DNA from: an uncultured archaeon | Lineage (GTDB): Archaea > Thermoplasmatota > Thermoplasmata > Thermoplasmatales > Thermoplasmataceae | Direction of reading: 5' to 3' | DNA: 64,000 bases | NCBI GenBank assembly: GCA_000965745.1 | Contig: CP009479.1 | Location: forward strand, 1,248,001-1,312,000 | Part shown: one piece after another, positions 42,540 to 51,850 of the stretch | How positions within the stretch are numbered: the first letter of the stretch is position 1 | How the letters are laid out: every line of letters starts with the position of its first letter | The notes under the pieces: model-generated | What the model saw: only the letters and a program-made list of their open reading frames with translations | Database searches by the model: none | Told to the model about the DNA's origin: nothing | Position numbers and translations under genes: made by a program

Positions 42540-42735
42540 TCCCGGATGGGGCAAAATGCAAGACGTTACATTATCTTTTAATACTATTACATAGATGAAA
42601 ATTTTAAAAGTGATGCTACAATTACGACATAAAATATTGGGTTTGCAACTGAGCAACCCACAGGAAAGTAGATAAGCTCAGATATGGTATAATCCAATAT
42701 GTTCAACGGGCATCGAGCCCTATGGAGACTTTAGA

Positions 42736-44217
42736 ATGGCCGCAAGAAACATCCTGGCAGGAGGAATATCATCTTTCTTCATACTCCTGTATATGGTGGT
42801 AGTGCTTAACGTCGGTTATGTCTACATCGATCAGTTTGCACGCCAGGAAGTCATCATGGCATTCATCGTTGCCATGGCTCTCCCTGTACTTGCAATGATC
42901 CCGTCCAGAAGGCTTGGGAAGGCTCAATTTTACCTGGAGCTTGTAGTGCTCCTGTACACATACGGAATGGCAATGCTGGCGATACAGAAGCCCGTTCTTC
43001 TGTTCATCGCATTGGTCCCGTTTATAATCAACCTGCTTCTCTTCCAGTCAAGGTTTCTCACGACGGGCAGGCAGAAGTACAAAGCGGTCACATTTGTTGC
43101 ACTCCTCGTTTTTATGTACTTCGTATCAAGCGTTATCAAGGTTGAAATTCCCGGTGTCAGGGGATACGAATTTGCCATTGCCCTTTATGACGACAACATC
43201 TCGCCACAGGGAATACAGTTCATAATGACAGGGGCCATAACCCTTTTCACAAAGCTGTTTGTAATCGATCTGAGTGTCGGGGATTTTCTCCTTTTCATCA
43301 CCATATCTGCAATTCTCACTGAAAACTACAGCATGATATTCACTTATCTGAAGAGCAGGAACAAGGGAATGGTGAACACCACGCTTTCAGGCGCGGTGAC
43401 TGCACTCAGCTGCCAGTGTGAAAGCCTTGCCGCGGCCTTTCCAACAGTGATAGTGCTCCTCCTGTCCGTGATAATAGTGCCACTCATGGTTGAAACTGTC
43501 GGCAGCATCATACTTACGTCATTCCTTCTCTCGAGGCTGTATCTTAGAGGGAGAGGCTGGGGATTCGTACACCGCGTGGAAGAATGGTCAAGGGGAAACG
43601 GATTTCTCAAGGTGATGATCCTCCCTTACCTTGTCGTGCCGCTGTTCGAGACGTTTGGGATCTTCCTGGGTTTTCTGAACATATTCATGTTCTTTGCCGG
43701 AATAAATTTCCTGATGTTCTTCACAGGTATTTCAATCCCGGTTGTAATCAAAAGAGTTGTGGGGTTCAGGGGATTCAGCAGCCGTCTGCCCCTGATAGGC
43801 CTTACCGCTCTTTCCGCTTTTCTAATGTACGTATGGTTCTTGCCTTCTCTGACCCTTGTTGCATACACTTCTCCCGCCTATTTTGCAGTGATGAACCTCT
43901 CCGCTGTCGCCTCTGGATTTCTTTCGGGTGTTGCATATGCATCCACCCGCAGCCATGAAAACAGGAGGCTTCTGCTCGAGTTCATCACGATGATGGAGAG
44001 CATGTTTGCAATAATTGTGTTCTATATTTCTGTGGTAGGCAGGTATACAATATGGCCCGAGTTCGGCCTTCTCCAGGCCACCGAATTTGCAATTGCAATG
44101 TTTGGAGTGACTCTCCCATTCATGTGGATGAGCACCCACATGACCCTATCGGATTATGCTGTTGATGATACTCCCACGAAGGTTAGAAGTGGAAGAAACG
44201 ACGCCGTAAAGGCCTGA
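42736..44217 (+). CDS. Polytopic membrane protein with SCQCE motif (paralogue of 28404-29882)
   Basis: LTENY, VTALSCQCE...FP, LEFITMM, IWPEFG shared motifs. Confidence 0.8.
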   Translation: MAARNILAGGISSFFILLYMVVVLNVGYVYIDQFARQEVIMAFIVAMALPVLAMIPSRRLGKAQFYLELVVLLYTYGMAMLAIQKPVLLFIALVPFIINLLLFQSRFLTTGRQKYKAVTFVALLVFMYFVSSVIKVEIPGVRGYEFAIALYDDNISPQGIQFIMTGAITLFTKLFVIDLSVGDFLLFITISAILTENYSMIFTYLKSRNKGMVNTTLSGAVTALSCQCESLAAAFPTVIVLLLSVIIVPLMVETVGSIILTSFLLSRLYLRGRGWGFVHRVEEWSRGNGFLKVMILPYLVVPLFETFGIFLGFLNIFMFFAGINFLMFFTGISIPVVIKRVVGFRGFSSRLPLIGLTALSAFLMYVWFLPSLTLVAYTSPAYFAVMNLSAVASGFLSGVAYASTRSHENRRLLLEFITMMESMFAIIVFYISVVGRYTIWPEFGLLQATEFAIAMFGVTLPFMWMSTHMTLSDYAVDDTPTKVRSGRNDAVKA

Positions 44218-44233
44218 CATTGGTGGCAGGCTT

Positions 44234-44893
44234 TTATGTCGGGCCCATAAGGTATGAGATTATATTGACATACCATGGTACAATGGGGAGCGCCATAAGC
44301 AACAGGCTGAGATGAATCGACATGGAAATGTAAACACTTTTCCTCAGGTAATATACAACTCCGTAGATCAACCCGATCGACATCATCGAGAATATGAAGA
44401 TAACGGACAGGAATACGTTCGGCCACGTCCCCTGGTAGAAAAGTTCGTAATATGCATACCAGATCCCGAAAAGGATGCCCTGTATTATTACCGCTTTCTC
44501 CCTGCTGAGCGCGTTCCCCAAATATTCTATCAGTACAAACCTGAAATTCACTTCTTCAAGCAGCACAGGGGCATAGAGTGCAAAAAGGACCTGCTCCCTG
44601 CCGAAGCCGTAGAAGGCATACAGAAAGAACCAGAATGAAATTGTGCCTACGAGCACGAGAAAGTCAGTGGAAATGAACGCTCTTCTAGCTGACTCTGCCA
44701 ATCTGTGGTCGAGAAGTATCATGGCTGATAGAACTGCTGGCATACCTATCAAGTAGAGCAAGTACGTGTCGTAGCTGACAACAATGGTGAACAGGTAGTA
44801 TATCGCAAATATTATGGCCTCAAGGAATATGAACAGGACCGGCCCAATGTTTCTAGATCCCGCCGTCTCACGTGCATTTTCAAATGATACCAT
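44234..44893 (-). CDS. CPBP/CAAX-family intramembrane protease-like protein
   Basis: EEVNFRF and S..IH motifs; the FxxxH motif reads FGIWY, so it may be degenerate. Confidence 0.7.
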   Translation of the reverse strand: MVSFENARETAGSRNIGPVLFIFLEAIIFAIYYLFTIVVSYDTYLLYLIGMPAVLSAMILLDHRLAESARRAFISTDFLVLVGTISFWFFLYAFYGFGREQVLFALYAPVLLEEVNFRFVLIEYLGNALSREKAVIIQGILFGIWYAYYELFYQGTWPNVFLSVIFIFSMMSIGLIYGVVYYLRKSVYISMSIHLSLLLMALPIVPWYVNIISYLMGPT

Positions 44894-44916
44894 CCTATTC
44901 CGGCCTCCCCTTTGAT

Positions 44917-46989
44917 TCAGTCCTTTGGATTTGCATCACCCCTATTCCTGTCCTTTCTGATTTCAGTGACATAATCCCTGACATCATAGAAGTAGATGTT
45001 ATCGTACGGGCATGCCTGGAGGCATGACCCGGACCCCACGCATTTTGAGCTCTTGAAGTACCCCTGTTTTATGAACTGTGAAGCAAGGTCGCCCAGACCA
45101 ACCTCACAGTTCGTCACACAATCCTTAGTGGGGCATGTGACGCATGTCTGTGGACTCCTGACCTTGAGCTTGAACAGCCCTATCCTGCTGAAGAAACCCA
45201 CGAACGTGCCCGTGGAACACCACCCATAACGCCTGCACGGGCTCATTCCGACGAAGGGGATGGAAACGAAGAATATGTACCAGAGGAAGTTCCATATGAA
45301 CAGGGTGTAAAAAACAGTGGTGTCAATGCCGTATATGGTCAATCCTGAAGTGCCAGTAACAGAATAATATGAAATAACAGAGAACAGTATCGCAATGATC
45401 CATGAATTGTATGCTACCGTGAGCACAGAATCCTTGTACCTGCTTCCAATGTGTTTCCTGCTGAACTTGGACTCATAATTGTACGATATCATGCTCTGCC
45501 CGAGAGTGCCCCCGTACATCACTGCAGAAGGGCACAATGTGCTGCAGTAGCTTCTCCTCCCGAAAAGGAGCGCCAGGACCGCGAATATCACGTAGCTGAA
45601 TACTATGCCTATGGCAAATGCGGGATAGAAGGCCCCAAGCTCACCAACATTGGGCCAGAACGGAAGAGCGTATGCCGACTTCCCGAAAAGAGAGGTCCAC
45701 CATTCGCTCTGGAACCACACAGTCCATATCCAGAAGGCAGACAGTGCGAGGGCGAGATTCCAGCGTTTCCCTTTCCATTGGGTGCTGCGCATCCTGAAGA
45801 CAACCAGAAAACTCATTTCCAGACCCATTATGGTCCAGAACCAGGGGCTGTCAGTAACTATTCCTATCAGGTATAGTGAGTCCAGAACCGATGATGCAGG
45901 GTTGAAAGCTGATACGCCGGAAAGCATATTTGAGAAAGCCGTGAAGTCAGTCATGCCGCCGCCGAAATTTATCGCAGGGACAATGGAGTACGGTGTACCG
46001 GCATTTTGAACCATTAAGGCTGCGGAAATGAACCACTCGGAAACAAACGATGCCAGTAAAACGGTAAAAAGGAAAAGCGGGTTCCTGATCCACCCGGTTC
46101 TTGACTTTTTATGGACGTCTGCCTCAACAGGCCTGATTACGCTGTTGAAGTAGACCCCCATCGTGACGGACATCCCTCCTGCATAGAACAGCCAAGCGAT
46201 AAGGAAAGGACTCCGGAACACAGTACCAAAGAAAATTCCGAATGACATGAATGCGAAGGAAATGAACAGCCATCTCAACTGGTTCTTATCTTCCGGCTTC
46301 ATCGTGTTCCTGCTGTGTGAGATGCGCTCGAAAAGAAGTACCATGAACAGAATCATCGCTGCTGTAGTCAGCAAAGTCCCCATTCGCAAAAACCCATAAT
46401 TTCCGAGGATAGTCGGCGAGAACAGAGCCATGCTGAGAAGGGAAAGCAGAATATACAGATGAAGCCCCCTGGCTTTTGTTAACAGGAGCACAATTACCAT
46501 TTCGGCGGACATTGGGGCAACAAACAGGTATGAGTTCACGCCAGCACTGAACATGTAGAGGATGTATGATGCCCCCCCTAAAACACCAGGAAGTGCTGAA
46601 ATTCCTCCAGAACCAAATCCGAGTGAATAAGCGAGTACTCCAAGCGAGACTTCATTCCAGACAATCATCCCCACGATGAGCCTTGTCACGGAAGCCGTCA
46701 GCCCGGTAAACGGCCTTCCAATGGCGAAATAGATGAGGTAAAGGATTGTGCCCCCCATTATGAACATGACGTAAACCATTGCAAGGAACAGATTTGCAAA
46801 GGAGGGGCCCATGTCAACGTAGAAGGATATGGCGTTGAACATGCTAGCCATCATTGTCAGGACAATAAACACAATGGCACCATGTTTAAGCGTAAAATCA
46901 TACCGGTTCCTGAGTATGAGCAGCAGCAGGTAAGTTAGGACTATCGGCATCCCGGCTTCTATCAGAAGTATAAGCCCAAGGTATCGCAA
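44917..46989 (-). CDS. Large membrane polyferredoxin (NapH/CcoG/FoxG-like architecture)
   Basis: Many TM helices then RRSYCSTLCP, PCRRYGWC, CVTCPTKDCVTNC and CVGSGSCLQACP. Confidence 0.8.
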   Translation of the reverse strand: MRYLGLILLIEAGMPIVLTYLLLLILRNRYDFTLKHGAIVFIVLTMMASMFNAISFYVDMGPSFANLFLAMVYVMFIMGGTILYLIYFAIGRPFTGLTASVTRLIVGMIVWNEVSLGVLAYSLGFGSGGISALPGVLGGASYILYMFSAGVNSYLFVAPMSAEMVIVLLLTKARGLHLYILLSLLSMALFSPTILGNYGFLRMGTLLTTAAMILFMVLLFERISHSRNTMKPEDKNQLRWLFISFAFMSFGIFFGTVFRSPFLIAWLFYAGGMSVTMGVYFNSVIRPVEADVHKKSRTGWIRNPLFLFTVLLASFVSEWFISAALMVQNAGTPYSIVPAINFGGGMTDFTAFSNMLSGVSAFNPASSVLDSLYLIGIVTDSPWFWTIMGLEMSFLVVFRMRSTQWKGKRWNLALALSAFWIWTVWFQSEWWTSLFGKSAYALPFWPNVGELGAFYPAFAIGIVFSYVIFAVLALLFGRRSYCSTLCPSAVMYGGTLGQSMISYNYESKFSRKHIGSRYKDSVLTVAYNSWIIAILFSVISYYSVTGTSGLTIYGIDTTVFYTLFIWNFLWYIFFVSIPFVGMSPCRRYGWCSTGTFVGFFSRIGLFKLKVRSPQTCVTCPTKDCVTNCEVGLGDLASQFIKQGYFKSSKCVGSGSCLQACPYDNIYFYDVRDYVTEIRKDRNRGDANPKD

Positions 46990-47270
46990 TACAGATCACA
47001 CGATTCCCGAATTTAGTATTAAAATATAACTATTACCGATACAGTTCAAAATATCTAGGTGGCACTCAGGTTTTCGTATTCTAAAGGCATGTTTTTGGAA
47101 TGAGTTCAGTATATAACCAGTCATAGGCTGCTGCCAGGTTAAATTACAATATATGATAGTATTATAACTTAACTGTTATTATAAAATAAGCAAATCCTCA
47201 TAGAATAATGTTAAATATCTATCATGATTTTTGGAAACATAACACATAATAACATAATAAACTGATTGAA

Positions 47271-47729
47271 ATGCTTAAACGGAGAGAATGGGACAGGACC
47301 GTTATAAAGGTAATCTTTGTCATGGTCAGGGTACTTCTTCTCGTTGCAATAGTTATCGAGATCTATTTCACGGGGCAGCTCCTTTATCAGAAGATACCTG
47401 AGGGGGCTTCAGCAGTGACCCAGGATCTGGCAAACCTTGTGTCTGGAAGCCTGCTCGCACTCGCCATCATGGACATCTATCTTTCCGTTGGGGTCTATTC
47501 AAGGGGCGACATAAAGAACCTGGTGTACATCATCGACGCTGCGGTCTTCTTCGTGGTAAGGGACATCGTCATTCAACTTTTCAACGGTGAAAGCATTCCT
47601 CAGTATAACGTATACATTTACAGGGTGGGAATTCTCGGGGCAGTGGTTCTCGCACTGGTTGCAGCACGATTTGTGGCAATCCTGTCTTCTGAAAAGGCAA
47701 TGCAGGTTAACAGGGATGAACTTTCGTAG
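47271..47729 (+). CDS. PsiE-like membrane protein
   Basis: Four TM helices; IID.A..FVVRDIV pattern. Confidence 0.55.
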   Translation: MLKRREWDRTVIKVIFVMVRVLLLVAIVIEIYFTGQLLYQKIPEGASAVTQDLANLVSGSLLALAIMDIYLSVGVYSRGDIKNLVYIIDAAVFFVVRDIVIQLFNGESIPQYNVYIYRVGILGAVVLALVAARFVAILSSEKAMQVNRDELS

Positions 47730-47748
47730 CTTACCTTCAGCATCGTTC

Positions 47749-48537
47749 TCATCTCCAGTGTCCCTTTCCAATAAAAAAAGCTATGACAAAAACAACGACA
47801 CCGGATATTACCACCAAGGGTCCTGCCGGAACGCCTGAAAAGTATGAAATAACGACTCCAATCACCGCGCTGAACCCGCCGAAAAATGCACTGAAAAGGG
47901 CATAATTCCTCAGATTTCTGCTTATGTTCCTCGCAGCAGCCGCAGGCACTATTACGACCGCTCCCACGAGAATAGTCCCAACCTCCTTTATGCCGATTGC
48001 CACAACCGTCGCTACAAGGATAAGGTAGATGAGATTTATTCTCTCCACTTTCACACCCATCGAGAGGGCCATTTCCTTTGAAATCATGGACATGGCCATA
48101 TCTCTGTAGATCAACCTGGTTACGAGCACGGTGAAAAATGCTATAACGCCTGTAATGGCAGTATCCAGGGGTGTAATCGTACTGATATCACCGAAAAGGG
48201 CATGCAGAAGCTCCGTCTCAGGGGTTATCAGCAGTCCCACCGCGAGTGCCAGGACGAACAGCACGCCTATGATGGTTTCAATAGGAAGGACTGTGGACTT
48301 TTGGAGGTACCAGGTAGCAATCATAACTGCTACAAGAAAGCTGAATGCTCCAATAAACGGGTTGAAATTCAGAAGCAGGCCTATGGCAAGACCAGGGAGG
48401 GCAACATGCGACAGGGCATCTCCAACGAGGGCCATTCTTTTTGAGATCATGATGGATCCAAGGTACCCTGCGGTAGGGCCTACGAAAATACCGACGATGA
48501 TAGGCAGAAGCAATGCGTATTGCAAGGTGTCAGTCAC
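47749..48537 (-). CDS. znuB: Zn/Mn ABC transporter permease
   Basis: MALVGDALSHVALPG, LFGDI, VGTILV....IVPAAAA. Confidence 0.9.
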   Translation of the reverse strand: MTDTLQYALLLPIIVGIFVGPTAGYLGSIMISKRMALVGDALSHVALPGLAIGLLLNFNPFIGAFSFLVAVMIATWYLQKSTVLPIETIIGVLFVLALAVGLLITPETELLHALFGDISTITPLDTAITGVIAFFTVLVTRLIYRDMAMSMISKEMALSMGVKVERINLIYLILVATVVAIGIKEVGTILVGAVVIVPAAAARNISRNLRNYALFSAFFGGFSAVIGVVISYFSGVPAGPLVVISGVVVFVIAFFIGKGHWR

Positions 48538-49228
48538 CCTCCCCCTCTGATATACCCGCCATAAGCTTTATGAGATCATGATGGGGGATTGTTCTGGTTT
48601 TCCCAAAATAAAACTGCTTCCGGTTAATGGCAAGCAGGAAGTCTGAATAATGGGAAATCACATGAAGATTGTGAGAGATGAGGAGAATTGTGGTCCCGTG
48701 CCTTTCCTTCATGGCAAGTATTCTTTCATAAATCGGCTCTTCGGCACCTATGTCTACTAGTGATGTCGGCTCATCAAATAGAAGAATGTCAGGGTTATCT
48801 GCGATTGCCCAGCCAAGCAGAACTCTCTGAAGCTCACCTCCTGATAGCTCAGAAAGGCTCTCCTTTAACATCCCCTGATTGAGCCCGACAGATTCCATGC
48901 ACTCTTTGTGATCTGATATGCTCTTCAGACCCAGAAACTCTTCGACCGATACAGGCAGGTCTGTGGAAACAAGTGTCTGCGGAACGTATCCGATCCTCGC
49001 CCGCCCTGACCATTCGACCGTTCCAGTGTAAGGTATCAAGTTCATGAGAACTCTGAATAGCGTTGTTTTTCCCGCTCCGTTTGGGCCCACAATGGCTAGT
49101 GTTGTGCCTCTTTCAACGCTAAAGTTAATGTCTTCCAGAATTGGTCTTCCTCTCTCTTCAACGTAAAGGTTTGAAACTCTAAGGATCAACCCCCCACTTC
49201 TGTACTCCCTTTCACTCACAATGATCAC
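48530..49228 (-). CDS. znuC: Zn/Mn ABC transporter ATPase
   Basis: GPNGAGKTT, IGYVPQ, LSGGELQR, DEP, SH. Confidence 0.9.
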   Translation of the reverse strand: MIIVSEREYRSGGLILRVSNLYVEERGRPILEDINFSVERGTTLAIVGPNGAGKTTLFRVLMNLIPYTGTVEWSGRARIGYVPQTLVSTDLPVSVEEFLGLKSISDHKECMESVGLNQGMLKESLSELSGGELQRVLLGWAIADNPDILLFDEPTSLVDIGAEEPIYERILAMKERHGTTILLISHNLHVISHYSDFLLAINRKQFYFGKTRTIPHHDLIKLMAGISEGEGD

Positions 49229-49422
49229 TATTCATATCCAGAGAGAATTTTTGCCCTTGTCGGGGACGCCTCAGGCCATAAATCAGTCCCTGCAATTCTT
49301 TTTCGGTTATTATCGACAGGGTCAAGATAACAATGATGCCGAACTATTGAGAGACCATTATGCCAAGGGTCCTGCATTTCAGGGAAGGAAAATGTTTAAC
49401 AGAACCACAACGATAATCGCAA

Positions 49423-49929
49423 GTGCGGAAAGAAAGTTTAGAGGAAGCGCAGGGATATTTTACTACAACAGTTGCACTAGTAACATCGCAGAAAGGCTCT
49501 GACATAAACGTGATGTCGGCAGAGTGGTCGCTCAGAGTGTCGTTGGAACCTTTCCTTATGTCTGTGTTTGTAGGCTATGAAAGGGCTACTTATGACAAGA
49601 TAAGTGATTCAGGGGAATTCGGCCTGAGTTATTGCTCAGACGAACAGGCACACCTTGCACACATCGCGGGCAATTTTTCCTTCAGGGAGCACGACAAGTT
49701 CAAGCTGGCGGACTTCCGGACATTCCAGTCCAGGCACATCAGGCCTCCTCTTATCGACGGCGCAATTTCTAAGTTTGAGTGCGAAGTCATAGATGAATTC
49801 AAGGTAGGGGACCACGCAGCTTTCATTGGCAAGGTAAGGGCAGCTTATTTCGACGAAGCCAGGAAGCCTCTTGTTTTCCACAATGGTAAATTCTGGAAAT
49901 CCGGGGCAAGGATTCCCAAGGGAAGCTGA
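49423..49929 (+). CDS. Flavin reductase family protein
   Basis: T.VALVT...VSLEP...ECEV.....GDH..FIGKV. Confidence 0.88.
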   Translation: MRKESLEEAQGYFTTTVALVTSQKGSDINVMSAEWSLRVSLEPFLMSVFVGYERATYDKISDSGEFGLSYCSDEQAHLAHIAGNFSFREHDKFKLADFRTFQSRHIRPPLIDGAISKFECEVIDEFKVGDHAAFIGKVRAAYFDEARKPLVFHNGKFWKSGARIPKGS

Positions 49930-50033
49930 CCCCAGTCATATTTTCTGCAATTCACACAATAATTATCCATACCCTTAGAGGTATGGCGCCTGACTTTAAT
50001 CACCTCATGGAAGTACAAAGGTGAGGTGGAAAG

Positions 50034-50558
50034 ATGAAAGTTATTGTTGTTTACGACTCGATGTACGGTAATACGAGAAAGATTGCCGAATCAATCTCGA
50101 GTGCGTTTGATGGAACAGAGTGTATAAAAACGCTTCATGTTGAAAAGGCAACACCAGAGGATCTGAAAGGCTTTAGTCTCATTATCATTGGCTCTCCGAC
50201 CCATGGTGGGAGGCCAACGCCAGCTGTACATAAATTCATGGATAACCTGCCGGGCGCAGTCAAGAACGATGTCCATTTCGCATCCTTTGACACCAGATTC
50301 TCGGTTAAGGAACAGGGAGCTGGACTCAGATTCCTAATGAGATTGATCGGATACGCTGCAGAGAAAATTGACAGGAAAATGTCAGAAAAGGGGTACAAAC
50401 CAGTGGTAAAGCCTGAAGCGTTTATAGTTGTTGATAAGGAAGGCCCTCTCAGGGAAGGAGAGGAAGAAAGAGCCAGAAACTGGGGAAAAATAATAGAGGG
50501 TAAGATTGCACTACACAAAGGGGAAAATGTGACGGAACAGACACCACTCCATGGGTAG
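50034..50558 (+). CDS. Flavodoxin family protein
   Basis: YDSMYGNTRKIA, GSPTHG, FDTR, GPLREGE. Confidence 0.9.
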   Translation: MKVIVVYDSMYGNTRKIAESISSAFDGTECIKTLHVEKATPEDLKGFSLIIIGSPTHGGRPTPAVHKFMDNLPGAVKNDVHFASFDTRFSVKEQGAGLRFLMRLIGYAAEKIDRKMSEKGYKPVVKPEAFIVVDKEGPLREGEEERARNWGKIIEGKIALHKGENVTEQTPLHG

Positions 50559-50680
50559 GTTGCCAACCCGTTTAAGGAGAAACATTTTTCACCGTCGATT
50601 TATAGAAAAAATCTGCCATGCCACCGGATACGGGACTTTTGGAAAAAAGAGAAGGGTCAATGAACACCGAAATCTGATTA

Positions 50681-50696
50681 ATGGGGCTGACCGGGT
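50681..50696 (+). repeat. att site (displaced tRNA 3' end)
   Basis: Identical to 59298-59313. Confidence 0.88.
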
Positions 50697-50732
50697 ACGT
50701 CATTCAGGGTTCATTCCCGGAGGTGATGCCTG

Positions 50733-50891
50733 TTGCAGCCTGATCTGCACAACGTTAATCACATTTTTGAAGAAGGGTACAGAAGAGGGTTCAGGAAATC
50801 CGACCTGAACGAGCTCATTGAAGAATACCGGCTTGAGTACAGGGATGAGCCAAAAACTCTGCTGCAACTTCTTCTGGGGGTGGTATCCTGA
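50733..50891 (+). CDS. 52-aa element protein absent from the ORF track
   Basis: GGAGGTGA SD at 50719-50726, TTG start, MQPDLHNV...LLLGVVS; stop overlaps the next ORF. Confidence 0.6.
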   Translation: MQPDLHNVNHIFEEGYRRGFRKSDLNELIEEYRLEYRDEPKTLLQLLLGVVS

Positions 50892-51151
50892 TCATAAGGG
50901 ATTTCAACGATCAGGTTGCATACCACAGAGAAAGGGCCTTAACAGCCGTCTCCAATGACTTCAGGAACGCGACTAGCGAGTTGTGGACCTACATCAAGCT
51001 GAGCGGGAAGGCTACCCACGAGGAGCTGATGTATGTCACCACTGAAGAGAAGTCTCAGGAATATCTGAAAAAGGTGGTGAAATCATACCAGGGCTCCTGG
51101 CCTATTTACAATTCTAACGTGAAGGGCTTGATCCAGGAGGTGCGTGGATGA
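50888..51151 (+). CDS. 87-aa element protein absent from the ORF track (CTG start)
   Basis: GGGGGTGG SD, CTGA overlap with the upstream stop, open to TGA overlapping the helicase ATG (ATGA). Confidence 0.55.
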   Translation: MIIRDFNDQVAYHRERALTAVSNDFRNATSELWTYIKLSGKATHEELMYVTTEEKSQEYLKKVVKSYQGSWPIYNSNVKGLIQEVRG

Positions 51152-51559
51152 GCGATATCACAGGCAGTCTGCTACACAGGGGCTCCTCAATCACTCCGGT
51201 TGAGATCGAGCCGGGGAAAATAAAATTATCCGATCTCGAACAGAGGAACATTATAATTGGCCGGCCTGGCACAGGGAAGACCACAACCTTGAAGGAAATC
51301 ATCGGGGAGTTCCTGAACAGGGGGAACTCACCATCCGAGCTTCTTTACCTCACATACAGCAGGGCAATGGCCTCAGACGCGAGAGAGAAAATCGGGCTGA
51401 AAAGGCACCAGGCAGGGACCATACATTCTATTTTTTCCATAAAGCTGGGCTGGAGGCACTCAAAGAACCCGAACAAATCCGCGTTTCTTTCTGACAAAGA
51501 TATGAGCGATTTCGCAGAGGAATACGGGATCAGGAAAAAATTCAAGGCAAGGCCCAGGG
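51148..51559 (+). pseudogene. Truncated UvrD/Rep-family helicase (N-terminal part)
   Basis: GRPGTGKTT Walker A, YLTYSRAMA motif Ia, GTIHS motif Ib; similarity ends near 51560 where intron sequence begins. Confidence 0.8.
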
Positions 51560-51850
51560 AAGAGCACGGAAACACTCATCAAGGAGCTCAACGTCCTCGT
51601 AAGAAGATGGACAGACTACTTTAATCATGCGACAAGGCAGTACGAGAGCCTCCAAAACTTTGTCCGCTGGAAGGTCTCAAAATTTTACTGCGACTTGCAC
51701 AAGATTCCACGAGTCTCTAAAAGAAAGGAGTACGTAGGTATTGCGGCTACCTCCGGTTTAATAAGAATGGCAAGTAGGAGATCCTATCCATACACCGCAT
51801 GGTGAAGCACACCGGAAAGGCGTATTCGGAAAAATCGACCGTACGGTTTG
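51560..51850 (+). pseudogene. 3' remnant of an outer group II intron: maturase domain X plus domain V
   Basis: Frame 51560-51805 reads KSTETLIKELNVLVRRWTDYFNHA...LQNFVRWKV, homologous to the inner KSEDDVIRELDQLTIGWTNYYNHS...LWNFLCWRL; DV-like hairpin 51817-51849 with triad AGG. Confidence 0.85.

Noticed and set aside
49215-49240. Fur/Zur-like box overlapping the znuC start
   Set aside because: The palindrome is weak and appears only once.
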